A program made the translations under genes and the position numbers. Positions 1-9,420 of a stretch of 64,000 nucleotides of DNA are shown one piece after another. Position 1 is the first letter of the stretch, and every line of letters begins with the position of its first letter. This DNA is from Candidatus Poriferisodalis sp. GTDB lineage: Bacteria; Actinomycetota; Acidimicrobiia; Acidimicrobiales; Poriferisodalaceae. The stretch covers positions 648,067-712,066 of the forward strand of contig NZ_OZ242344.1 in the NCBI RefSeq assembly GCF_965208485.1, in the 5' to 3' direction. The notes beneath the pieces were generated by a model, which was not told the DNA's origin, did not search any database, and saw only the letters and a program-made list of their open reading frames with translations.

Positions 1-661
1 GACGCTCGCCGGTCCACTGCAGGTCGGTGTAACACTCGTCCTCGAAGATCGGCACCCCGAACCGGTGGGCGATTGCCAGGATCTGCCGCCGGCGCTCGAC
101 GGGCATGACCGAACCGGTGGGGTTCTGCACGGTCGGGATGGTGTAGACGAACCGCGGCGGCGTGCCGGCTGCAGCCAGCTCGTCGAGCAGCGATTCGAGG
201 CGCTCGGGGATGATCCCGTCGTCGTCGAGCTCGGCTCCGACGCAGCTCGCGCCGCGGCGCTTCACCTTCGAGATCATCCCCCCGTATGTCGCCTCTTCGG
301 CAACCACGACGTCGCCTGGACGCAGGAACGCTGCATTGACCAGGTCGAGGGCCTGCAGTGAGCCGGACACCACCAGCACCTGATCGGGATCGGTGGTCAT
401 GTGGGCGTTCGCAGCGAGCGATTCGGCGACGAAGCTCCGCAATCCCTCGAACCCTTGCGGGTTGCCGCCGAGGTTGTAGGTGGCCAGGTTCGATCCGTGC
501 TTGGCCAGCACCGCCATAGCGGCTTCGGTCAGTCCGCCGACCGGCACACTGGGCGAATCGTTGTTGCCGCCCACGAAGCTGTACTTCGGGATCGGTGACC
601 ACACACCCGCGGGTGCGGGCAGCCCCTCGGCCATCTTGGGGGCCATGTCGAACGCCGGCAT
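1..661 (-). CDS. PLP-dependent aminotransferase (class I/II), N-terminal part; C-terminus runs off the window
   Basis: Hand translation of the minus strand from ATG at 661: MPAFDMAPKMAEG...RFVYTIPTVQNPTGSVMPVERRRQILAIAHRFGVPIFEDECY, a typical aminotransferase I/II block. Absent from the ORF track because the ORF is open at the window edge. Confidence 0.8.
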   Translation of the reverse strand, partial: MPAFDMAPKMAEGLPAPAGVWSPIPKYSFVGGNNDSPSVPVGGLTEAAMAVLAKHGSNLATYNLGGNPQGFEGLRSFVAESLAANAHMTTDPDQVLVVSGSLQALDLVNAAFLRPGDVVVAEEATYGGMISKVKRRGASCVGAELDDDGIIPERLESLLDELAAAGTPPRFVYTIPTVQNPTGSVMPVERRRQILAIAHRFGVPIFEDECYTDLQWTGER

Positions 662-666
662 GGGTC

Positions 667-1092
667 TCAAGCGTCCGAGACCACGATCCGCTGCTCGAAC
701 AGCCAGCCGCCATCGGCCCTGCGGACGATGTCGTCGTAGTGGCCGACCAGCAGGATCCGTCCGCCGTCAGCCAGGGGCTTCACCATCTGCAGGTGACTGA
801 GCACGGTGGCCCGTTCGTTGTCGCCCTTCACCGGATCGACGACGACGTTGGTCACCCAGTGCTGTGCGGAAACGAACTCGGCGTACTGCTCCTCGGTGGC
901 AGAGGCGGCGGCGAACGCACACAGCTCGTCGCGGCCGGTGAAGGTGCCGACGATCCCGATGAACCGCCCATCCAGCGTGAAGGTGTTGGCGTAGCCGTCG
1001 GCGTCGCCGGTGTCGATCGCCTTGTTGCAGCGAGAGATCAGATCCCTGATCTCCACCCGGTCATCGTTCGTCACGGTCACGGCATTCCCCAA
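667..1092 (-). CDS. SnoaL-like / NTF2-fold protein
   Basis: 141-aa ORF. Pattern IRDLISRCNKAIDTGDADGYANTFTLDG...GGWLFEQRIV is typical of SnoaL_4/NTF2-like proteins. Lies 5 bp from the aminotransferase start. Confidence 0.65.
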   Translation of the reverse strand: MGNAVTVTNDDRVEIRDLISRCNKAIDTGDADGYANTFTLDGRFIGIVGTFTGRDELCAFAAASATEEQYAEFVSAQHWVTNVVVDPVKGDNERATVLSHLQMVKPLADGGRILLVGHYDDIVRRADGGWLFEQRIVVSDA

Positions 1093-1258
1093 GGTTCACG
1101 CTGTATTTCGATGTGAACCTACTTCGGCGTCGAACAGCCGGCAGCGGAGCTCAGTGTCATTAGCTATGCCTACCAACTGGTAGCAGGCATCGTCATCACC
1201 TGGCATTCACCCTTCTGGATATCTTCGAACGCGGTTGCATATACTTCTGTCGGTGCGC

Positions 1259-2590
1259 ATGGTCCGGGCATTTCGGTCACAGCGACGCAGGCGAGGTACG
1301 GCTCCCGCTGAGTCGGACGCACGGCTCGGCAACAGCCATGATCGCCACTGGCCCGGGGCTCGATCCATTGTCCTCGACAACGTCACGCACTCCTACGGAC
1401 CCCTGCAAGCCGTTCAGACATCTGCCGACGTCGACGCCCCGGCCGGGCCAGCGGCGAGCGAGTACTCGGTGCGCGAACTGTCGCTGCGGGTCGAGCCCGG
1501 CGAGTCAGTTGCCCTGCTCGGCCCGAGCGGGTGCGGCAAGACAACGCTGCTTCGCCTGATTGCGGGGCTGGAACGCCCCCTCGCAGGCACTATTCAGCTC
1601 GGCGACCGGTTCGTGGCAGGCCCGCCAGGCCGCGGTGGCACTTGGGTGGCGCCGGAGTCGCGCCGGGTGGGGATGGTGTTCCAGGACTGGGCACTCTTCG
1701 GGCACCTCACCGTTGGCCGCAACGTCGGCTATGGGCTCGAACGCGCCAAGCGAACACCCCGCCGTATCGGCGAAGCACTTGATCTCGTGGGCTTGGCCGG
1801 GTTCGAGGACCGCCTGCCGTCGACCCTGTCAGGAGGGCAGCAGCAGCGAGTGGCCCTGGCTCGGGCATTGGCCCCGCACCCAGGGGTGTTGCTGCTCGAC
1901 GAACCGTTCTCAAATCTCGACGCCTCATTGCGGGAAGAGGTCCGCAGCGAGGTCCGGCGATTGCTGATCGAGCTGGGCATCACGGCAGTGTTCGTCACCC
2001 ACGACCAAGACGAGGCCTTCGTGGTGGGCGACAGAGTCGGCGTGCTGCGCGACGGCCGCCTCATGCAAGTCGACACGCCTGACGAGATGTATCGCCAGCC
2101 GGTTGACCCGTTCGTAGCCGACTTCGTGGGCACCGCATCGTGGCTCCGCTGCGAGGCCGCCGGCGGCGTCGCGCACACAGCGCTCGGCCGCCTCCCCGTG
2201 GGCGGCACGGCATCAAACAGTGACAACGGTGCGTGGGAAGCAACTGCCCCGTCCGGCATCGTGGATGTGATGCTCCGCCCCGAGCAGCTTCGGCTGGGTG
2301 CGGGAACCGGCGCAGAGGTCGAGCTGGTGGAGTTCTACGGCCACGACTCGATGGTGGTGGCAAACCTTGACGGCACGCGACTGCGCGTGCGCTGCGGTCC
2401 CGATCCCGCCGTACGCCGCGGCGACCCGGTCGCCGTCGAGTTCATCGGCACCGAAGTCATGGCATTCGAATCAGCCGGTCGATCTGCCCACAGCGTCTAC
2501 ACCGAGACCCTGGAACGGGCAGAAATGCGCTCGCCCAGAGCCAGCGAAGGGTCGGCGACACCTGCCGAGCTGGAGCTGTTCGCTGACTGA
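1259..2590 (+). CDS. ABC transporter ATP-binding protein (PotA/FbpC-like, with C-terminal TOBE-like domain)
   Basis: Walker A GPSGCGKTT, signature LSGGQQQRVALARAL, Walker B LLLDEPFSNLD, H-loop VTHDQ. Start taken as the in-frame ATG at 1259; the track start at 1235 is TTG. No permease gene is adjacent. Confidence 0.85.
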   Translation: MVRAFRSQRRRRGTAPAESDARLGNSHDRHWPGARSIVLDNVTHSYGPLQAVQTSADVDAPAGPAASEYSVRELSLRVEPGESVALLGPSGCGKTTLLRLIAGLERPLAGTIQLGDRFVAGPPGRGGTWVAPESRRVGMVFQDWALFGHLTVGRNVGYGLERAKRTPRRIGEALDLVGLAGFEDRLPSTLSGGQQQRVALARALAPHPGVLLLDEPFSNLDASLREEVRSEVRRLLIELGITAVFVTHDQDEAFVVGDRVGVLRDGRLMQVDTPDEMYRQPVDPFVADFVGTASWLRCEAAGGVAHTALGRLPVGGTASNSDNGAWEATAPSGIVDVMLRPEQLRLGAGTGAEVELVEFYGHDSMVVANLDGTRLRVRCGPDPAVRRGDPVAVEFIGTEVMAFESAGRSAHSVYTETLERAEMRSPRASEGSATPAELELFAD

Positions 2591-2635
2591 TCGCTACGCT
2601 CTCGGGCGCGCAGGGCAATAGGCGAATGAACCGAG

Positions 2636-3595
2636 TCAGGCCGCTTGGACCCGCAGGGGCGCGATGACCTGTTCGGCGAACCGGTGGGCCGGCTCGGCGC
2701 TGTCGGGGTTGCCGAAGTCCAGCACGAAGTGGCGGATGCCCACTTCGGCCAGCGAGGCCAGGAACTCGACGTACTCCGCTGATTCGCTGTCGGTCGTCGG
2801 CAGCGCCCGCTCGACGGTGGTCGACATCTCGACGTGTGCGGGGTCACGGCCCAGCCGGTCGAGCTCGTCCGCCACGATGCCGCACTTGCGCTTCAGCGAT
2901 TCGAGATCGCGCCGCCACGGCGTGTTCCAGATGTCGGCATGACGGGCAGCGACCTTCAGGCCGATCTGCTCGCCTGAGGCCCCGATGCAGATGGGCGGAG
3001 GCACCTCGGGCAGGGGCGGCGCTGCTGCGCCCTCGATGCGGAAGTGCTCGCCCTCGAAGCTGGGGTCGTCCTGCGTCCACATCAGGCGGCAGATCGTGAC
3101 CACCTCTTCGAGTTGGGCGAATCGCACCTTGGGCGGCGGGAACTCGTAGCCGTATGCCTCGTATTCGTCGCCCCGCCAACCGGCCCCGATGCCGAGGATG
3201 AACCGGTTGCCCGACAGGTACTGCAGCGTGGCCGCCATCTTCGCGGTGAGTGCCGGCGGCCGGTAGCCGTGTCCGAGCACGTGGTGGCACAGCTGCACGC
3301 CGGGCAGGCGGGCCGCGCACCAGGTGATGGCGGTCCAGGCTTCGAGGAACGGATCTGTCTTGGCGTCGAACCCGTAGAAGTGATCGGCGATCCACAGTGA
3401 GTCGAAGTGCCCGATCACCTCGGGCAGCAGCCATTCCACCTGGTCGGCCACGATCGGGCGGTGGTCGCTCCATCGGTTGCCGATGCACGGCGACAGCCAC
3501 CCGAACCTGAGCGCGTTCTCAGTAGAGATCGCGTGGGCAGAAGAGCCTTCTCGTTGTGGCACCGATTGTCTCCCGCTCTTGTTCGCTCCGCTCAC
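2636..3595 (-). CDS. LLM-class (luciferase-like) flavin/F420-dependent oxidoreductase
   Basis: 319-aa ORF with SLWIADHF...LGIGAGW...EYEAYGY, typical of the LLM family. Confidence 0.8.
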   Translation of the reverse strand: MSGANKSGRQSVPQREGSSAHAISTENALRFGWLSPCIGNRWSDHRPIVADQVEWLLPEVIGHFDSLWIADHFYGFDAKTDPFLEAWTAITWCAARLPGVQLCHHVLGHGYRPPALTAKMAATLQYLSGNRFILGIGAGWRGDEYEAYGYEFPPPKVRFAQLEEVVTICRLMWTQDDPSFEGEHFRIEGAAAPPLPEVPPPICIGASGEQIGLKVAARHADIWNTPWRRDLESLKRKCGIVADELDRLGRDPAHVEMSTTVERALPTTDSESAEYVEFLASLAEVGIRHFVLDFGNPDSAEPAHRFAEQVIAPLRVQAA

Positions 3596-3652
3596 GGGCC
3601 GCTCGGGCCACGGCTGCGCCTACCGGCTCAGCCTCTGAGTCACGGCGTCACG

Positions 3653-4762
3653 CTAATCGGGCGCGTGCCGGGCGCTCAGGGACGTGCGGCGTTCAGGAGC
3701 GCACGGCGTGCTTGTTGGGTCGCCGGGCAGCTCTTCGAGCACCGGCTGGGCCAGCTCCACGAACGTGCACGCCAGCCTGCGGGTCTCGCGGGGATCGATG
3801 AGGTCGACGACGTCGCCATGCATGGCTGCCTTGAACGGCGAGCACAGGCGCAGCAGCCGCTCCTCGATCATCTCTCGGTGCGCTTCGGGATCGGGCGCTG
3901 CGTCGATTTCGCGCCGGTACGCCGCGGCCACCCCGCCCTCGATGGGAATGCCGCCCCACTCCCCCGCGGGCCAGCCGAACCGCAGGTTGAGATTGTGCGG
4001 CAGGCCGATGCTTTTGGGTGCGTCGGCCGCTACGCCGTAGGACTTGCGCACGTTGAACTCCACCTTCGGAACGCTGGCCTCGGCCGATGCGATCAGCGCT
4101 CGCACGCCGCGGCGCATGGTGGCCTTGCGCCCGGCGGCTGAGCCCAGCATGAACCCGGGCATGTCCAGGAAGATCGCCATGGGCAGGTTGAACGCATCAC
4201 ACAGGTCGACGAAGTGGGTGTACTTGTCGGCGCCGTCGCCGTCCATGGCGCCCGCCAGCCGCATCGGGTCGCTGCCGACCACGCCCACGCTGTAGCCGTC
4301 GAGCCGGGCGAAACCGGTGATGATCGCCCCGGCGTAGTGCTGGCGCATCTCGAAGAACTCTCCGTTGTCGACGACGTGGCGGATGAGCGCCCGTGCGTCG
4401 TAGCCGGCTCGCCGGTTCGTGGGAATGATGTTGAGCAGCTCATCGGGACGCCGGTCGAGCGGGTCGCCGGTGTCGACCCGGGGTGCCACCTGCGCCGTGG
4501 TGTTGGGCAGGTACGAGATGATGTTGCCATCGTCGTCGTATTCCGGACCGCCCATGAGACCGCCCATCTTGACGAACGAGCCAGGATCGGCCATCTTGGC
4601 GATGCGCTCGCGCACCGTGTAGCGCCCGCCCTGGTGCTGGCGGTCGATGCGCTCGGGCCCGCCCATCTCGGCGGCCAGCTCCTTGAGATACGCGATCTCT
4701 GCGACCGCGTTCTCCCAGGACATTCCCGGCTTCCACGTCTCCCGATCCGGGTCAACAGGCAT
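3653..4762 (-). CDS. Acyl-CoA carboxylase carboxyltransferase-domain protein, unusually short (369 aa)
   Basis: The N-terminal block RYTVRERIAKMADPGSF leads directly into C-subdomain blocks: GYDARALIRHVVDNGEFFE, ITGFARLDGYSVGVVGSDP, KYTHFVDLCDAFNLPMAIFLDMPGF, VRKSYGVA. Confidence 0.75.
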   Translation of the reverse strand: MPVDPDRETWKPGMSWENAVAEIAYLKELAAEMGGPERIDRQHQGGRYTVRERIAKMADPGSFVKMGGLMGGPEYDDDGNIISYLPNTTAQVAPRVDTGDPLDRRPDELLNIIPTNRRAGYDARALIRHVVDNGEFFEMRQHYAGAIITGFARLDGYSVGVVGSDPMRLAGAMDGDGADKYTHFVDLCDAFNLPMAIFLDMPGFMLGSAAGRKATMRRGVRALIASAEASVPKVEFNVRKSYGVAADAPKSIGLPHNLNLRFGWPAGEWGGIPIEGGVAAAYRREIDAAPDPEAHREMIEERLLRLCSPFKAAMHGDVVDLIDPRETRRLACTFVELAQPVLEELPGDPTSTPCAPERRTSLSARHAPD

Positions 4763-4885
4763 CCGTTCGCTCCGATCACACCGCTAGGAGACTGCTGAGC
4801 AATTGCCGAAATCGCCGATTCACGGACACAAAGCCGCAGGTCAGAGCGTTGCAGACTTGCCCGGATCCGAATAAATCAGCAGTCT

Positions 4886-4994
4886 CCTAGGAGGCTGGTC
4901 GGAAAAGGGGATCTTGCCGACACAGCAAGTCCCTGACCTGCGGGTTTGCATCTGACAAACGCCGAAATAGCGGCTTTCCGACCAGCCTCCTAGG
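4886..4994. repeat. Structured ~109-nt repeat, copy 1: perfect 20-bp inverted arms around a conserved core
   Basis: Arm cctaggaggctggtcggaaa (4886-4905) is the exact reverse complement of 4975-4994. The core ccctgacctgcgggtttgca (4931-4950) is identical to 45011-45030. Confidence 0.6.
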
Positions 4995-5117
4995 GCTGTG
5001 CACGCGGCTGCGGCAACCGCAGTGCGTGCGCTATCAGGTGCCCCTACGAATGTATGAGGCACCGACTGCCCATGCGTCGGGATCAATCGTGTACCAGCCA
5101 GCCGGTACAGCCTGCCG

Positions 5118-5846
5118 TCACATCGGAAGGGTGCCCTCGGCCGACCGCAACGCCCTCTTTCGCTCGGCAACATCGGGGAGGATCGCCTCGACGAGTGCCC
5201 AGAACGCCGGTCCATGGTTGCGTTCGGTGAGGTGCGCCAGCTCGTGGACCACTACGTAGTCCAACAGTCGTGGGGCAAGCATCACGAGCCGCCAGTTGAA
5301 CCTGAGCCGGCCATCCGCAGCGCAGCTCCCCCATCGCTTGCGCTGGTCCCCGATGTGGATCTCCGGCATGCAGTCACGTCCGAGATCGGGCCACCAGCGG
5401 TCGACGCTCGTCGTGACATGCTCGCAGGCACGCAGCCAGTACCACTCGGCGAGCGCACTGCGAGCCCGCCCGGCGGCATTCGCTTCATCGGTTTCCAGGG
5501 GAAGGAACACCTGCAGTTCCCAGGGCCGAAAGCGAACGTCGACCTCGGCGAGGCACCCGTTGTTGACGACCACGTTCACTTGCCGGCCGAGATAGGGAAC
5601 CGAGCTCGGAATCTCACACGGCGCCGGTGATGCGCGCGGTGCCGCAGTGTGCGCGAGTATCCAATGCGCCTTGTTGCGGACGAAGGCCGCCACCTCCTCA
5701 GAAGGCGTGATTGCAGGCACCGCGACGCGGACGCCGCTGGGTCCAGCAGAGATCTCCATCGTCTTGTGCCGCCGCGTGCTGCGCTTGATCTCGTAGTCGA
5801 TCACGGCATCGCCGAATCGAATCCAGTCATGTTCGGTGAATTCCAT
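5118..5846 (-). CDS. YgjP/DUF45-type (M48/WLM-like) metal-dependent hydrolase
   Basis: KRWGSCAADGRLRFNWRLVMLAPRLLDYVVVHELAHLTERNHGPAFW carries the HExxH motif and the typical DUF45 context. Start set at MEFTEHDW (5846); the ORF is open up to 5900. Confidence 0.8.
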   Translation of the reverse strand: MEFTEHDWIRFGDAVIDYEIKRSTRRHKTMEISAGPSGVRVAVPAITPSEEVAAFVRNKAHWILAHTAAPRASPAPCEIPSSVPYLGRQVNVVVNNGCLAEVDVRFRPWELQVFLPLETDEANAAGRARSALAEWYWLRACEHVTTSVDRWWPDLGRDCMPEIHIGDQRKRWGSCAADGRLRFNWRLVMLAPRLLDYVVVHELAHLTERNHGPAFWALVEAILPDVAERKRALRSAEGTLPM

Positions 5847-5969
5847 CCCACGATCCTGACCGCTGGGTGTCACATCACCCGGTTCATTTCCCGATGGCAC
5901 TACCGCCCGCAGCAGCAGGCCGATGAGCCGATGGCTGTGTGGGCGTATTCGTGATGCTCCTATGGTTCG

Positions 5970-6960
5970 TCAAGCGGCGGTTTGTTGGTTGTTGAGCCGG
6001 TTGCGGTAGGCGTTGATGAGGTGGTGGTGGGGTGCGTGTCCGCGTTCGATGGCGCTGATGGTGGCTGGTCAGGTGTTGAGCTGGGCGGCGGCGGTGGCGA
6101 GGCTGTGTCCGGTGGTGTGTCGTTGGGCTCGGAGGTCCTCGGTGTTGGGGGCGGGTTGGGGTTTGGTGAGCAGGTTGAAGACTTCGCGGGCGATGTAGCG
6201 CTTGAGGCAGCGGATGGTCTCGCGGCGGGTCTTGCCGTGTGCTTGGCGGCGGGCGGCGTATGCGCGGGTGCGTTCGCGGGTGGCGAGGCGGACCATGGCG
6301 ATGCGCCACAGGGCGTGGTTGGCTTGGCGGTCCCCGCCTTGGTTGAGGCGGTGCCGTGCTGTCTTGCCTGATGAGGCTTCGACGGGGCTGGCGCCGCATA
6401 GCGCCGCGAAGGAGGCTTCGCTGCGGAGACGGTCGGGGTTGTCGCCGGCTGCGATGAGCAGGATCGACGCGACGTCGGGTCCGATGCCCTTGGCGGCTCG
6501 CAGCTGGGGGGCCGCGGCGGCGGTGAGCTTGTCGAGGTGTTCTCGCATCTCGGCGAGATCGCCGTCGAGGGCCTGGTGCTGACGGGCCAGGGCGCGCAAT
6601 GCCAGCTTGGCGGCCTGGGCGGGATCGGCCGTGTCGCCGGGCCGGAACCGGGCGCAGCGCGCTACCCGCTGGGTTGTGGTGAGCGGCTCGAGCTCGCAGC
6701 GCAGCGGATCAGCAGCAGTCACGATGAGGTCCCGGATCTGGTTCGAGACCCGGGTGAGATGAGCACGCGTCGAACGCGACGCGACCCGGATCTGGCGGAT
6801 CGACTCCACGATCCCGTCGCCGCCCTTGGGCGCAGCCACTGCCTCGGGGCCCAAAGCGGCCCGAGCACCAGACCGACAGATCACGATCAAGGCACAACGG
6901 CCCGTCACACCCCGAGTCAGACCCAAGCCCGAACTGCCGACCCAAATGGACCCTTCGATG
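5970..6960 (-). pseudogene. IS110-family transposase remnant
   Basis: C-terminal IS110 blocks are present: GIGPDVASILLIAAGDNPDRLRSEASFAALCGASPVEASSGKTARHRLNQGGDRQANHALW. The N-terminal DEDD region is missing or deleted. An in-frame TGA at 6069-6071 is followed by 32 more in-frame codons (PATISAIERGHAPHHHLINAYRNRL) that look like the normal C-terminus. Confidence 0.75.
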
Positions 6961-6986
6961 TCACACCCCCCATCTAGGTTGAACGC

Positions 6987-8505
6987 ATGTTCTCACACGT
7001 GCAGCAGGCGCTCGATTGCCTCACCGCAGCGCTCGACGGCGTTGAAGCGGCACCGACCGGCGAGCTTCGCCGCACGCTTGGGCTGGCGAAGTCGCTGCGC
7101 TCACGTGTCGAGCTGCTCGAGACCAGGGCTGCTTCGGCCGTCGCACGGCGGGAGTGCCACGGCGACGGCGGCGCAGGGTTGCTGAATCAGGTCGGCGGGC
7201 GGTCTCGCGCCGATGCTGCCCGCAACGCGCGCACCGAGGCCGAGCTGGCTGAGCTGCCGGTGGCCCGTTCAGGCCTCGCTGAAGGAGAGATCAGCTTCGC
7301 GAACGCCGCCAAGCTCGCTCAGACGGTGCGCAAGACCAGCCCCGACGCCGTGCAGGCAGATGCCGATCTTGTGCAGATGGCCAAGACACTCCCCCCAGAC
7401 GAGTTCGCCCAGGCCGCGCAGCGCTGGGCCATCCAGCACCAAAGCGCCGAGGATCTCGCCGCGCAGCACCGCCGCAACCGGCGCAATCGCCACCTGCGGT
7501 TCTGGAACGGCGAAGACGGCTCAGTGCAGATGCGCGGTTCGTTCGATGCCGAGATGGGCGCCCGCATCCAGGAGCGCCTTCGCCGTCAGGCTGAATTGCT
7601 TCGCCAAGCAGACCGCCGCCGCCAGACCCACTCGCAGCCCCCGGGGACAAGCCTGTGACGGTGGCGACAGCGACGCTGGCTCCGTGCCTGAAGCGGCCGT
7701 GCGCACCCGCGACCAGCGCATGGCCGACGCCCTCGACACACTCCTCGTCACCAGCGCTGAGTCAGATGGCGATGCCGAGCCTGCATCACGAGCCAGGTCG
7801 ATTCCTCCGGCTAGCACCAAACCAGCAGAGATCATCGTGCGATCCGACTTTGCCGCATTCGTCGGCACGCCCGTCGGCATCGCCGAGATCTGCGGTGTCG
7901 GCCCGATCCCGCCCAGCACCTTGGGGCGGCTGGCCTGCAACTCCGATGTCTCGGTCGAGATCTTCGGCGACAACCTCACACCGCTCTATGAAACTGTCGC
8001 CAGCCGAGCACCCACCGCAGCACAACGTCGCGCGCTGATCGCCCGCGACGGGGCGTGCATCGGCTGCGGTGAACCGCCGGGCGAATGCGAAGCCCACCAC
8101 ATCGTCCCCTGCCAACGCGGCGGCAAGACCCGCCTCGACAACCTCGTGCTGGTGTGCTGGCACTGCCACGACCTCATCCACGACCACAACTGGCAAGTGA
8201 CCATCCGAGACGGCCGCTGCCGGCTGGCACCCCCCGACCCAGCCAAACCCGCCGAACCGGCCCCCCAACGCAAACCCAACCGCCGAGCACCCCAGCCCGC
8301 GGCCGAACACGGTGCGCCGCAACTCACAGCCAAACGCGGCTCGCCGCAATCCAAAGCCGAGCGCCCTTCAGCGCAACCCAATGCCGAACACCGTTCGACA
8401 CAGCCCGCGGCCAAGCGCAGTTCACCGAAGCAGGCACCGACCACAACGAGACCTCCGCCACCCACAGCCGGCGTCACACCGCTATGGGACGACCCCGCAT
8501 CCTGA
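6987..8505 (+). pseudogene. DUF222 / HNH endonuclease (13E12-repeat-type), frameshifted
   Basis: The DUF222-like N-terminus lies in the frame of ORF 6987-7658. The HNH part (CIGCGEPPGECEAHHIVPCQRGGKTRLDNLVLVCWHCHDLIH) lies in the frame of ORF 7213-8505. The frame must switch near 7600-7700. Confidence 0.75.
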
Positions 8506-8672
8506 ATGCGCCCGATGAATGCGCGTCTTCGCCGCGTTGTCGGCTGTAGCACCGGCGAGGAGCACAACCCCCACCACAACGGATCCGATCCGACGACTCG
8601 GACCGGCCGGCCAGTCGGCGGCGGTCATCCTGAGCGGAGCAACGCGCGCTTCAACAGACCCGACCCGACGAC

Positions 8673-8704
8673 TGAATGGTCTGTCAAATGAATGGTCTGT
8701 CAAA
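8673..8704. repeat. Perfect tandem duplication of a 16-mer (tgaatggtctgtcaaa x2)
   Basis: Read directly: 8673-8688 is identical to 8689-8704. Lower-GC intergenic DNA downstream of the HNH pseudogene. Confidence 0.8.
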
Positions 8705-8827
8705 CCGAGGCGCGGAGCGAAGCCACGATGATGCCTGTGAGCGTGACCATGGTGCCCAAGAGCCGCGTGAGCTGATGCTTGGATTCCCAGCGGACGGCTC
8801 CGTGAGGTCGACGATCTCGGTGACCGC

Positions 8828-9313
8828 CTACTCCTCCGGACCGTCTTCGGGACCGATGTGCTCAAGGAAGCACTCGGCCCTGGCAGTCGATGAGATGGGG
8901 CCCGAGTTGCCGACACCGACCGTGGCGTAGCCGACCACGACGTCGCCTGCGCGGAGCTGAACTGGCTCGATCGCATTCCGGCGCGACCAGAACAGGTCGC
9001 CGTCTTCATCGGGGCCTTCGACGGGCAGCACCGCAACGTAGGTGCAGTCGGGTGCCGAGAACTCGTGCCATTGCCACCATCCCGCCAGAATCCCGTCGCC
9101 CACCACACACGACACCGCGGGATGTGGCTGGTCATAATCGGTTTGCCAATCCAGGAGATCCGCCGGTTCCGGCCCCGCATGCGCCCTGCAGCCGGGTTCC
9201 GCATCGACGTGGTGGCCGGCGTCGGTGGCACACGACCCGATGACCGCCATCGCCACAACGGCACCAATCGCTGCGAGCAACAGGCGTCGGACCGGCACCA
9301 GTTCACCAGCCAT
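8828..9313 (-). CDS. Hypothetical lipoprotein
   Basis: 161-aa ORF with a signal-like N-terminus and a lipobox-like AVIGSC. No recognisable family. Overlapped by a longer Arg-rich ORF that I treat as spurious. Confidence 0.45.
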   Translation of the reverse strand: MAGELVPVRRLLLAAIGAVVAMAVIGSCATDAGHHVDAEPGCRAHAGPEPADLLDWQTDYDQPHPAVSCVVGDGILAGWWQWHEFSAPDCTYVAVLPVEGPDEDGDLFWSRRNAIEPVQLRAGDVVVGYATVGVGNSGPISSTARAECFLEHIGPEDGPEE

Positions 9314-9420
9314 CGACGAGACCCTAACTGCGGGCTGCAGACGCGCATCGGCGTTCGCAGTAGGTTTCGGCGGCGAGGCGCATGACTTCGCAGCGCCGCT
9401 GAGCCTGACAGGGGATCACG

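Noticed and set aside
5884-6399. Pro/Arg/His-rich ORFs around 5.9-6.4 kb and 33.9-35.4 kb (for example 33947-35275 and 34522-35355)
   Set aside because: Alternative frames of the IS110 and IS1380 transposase genes, with extreme low complexity.
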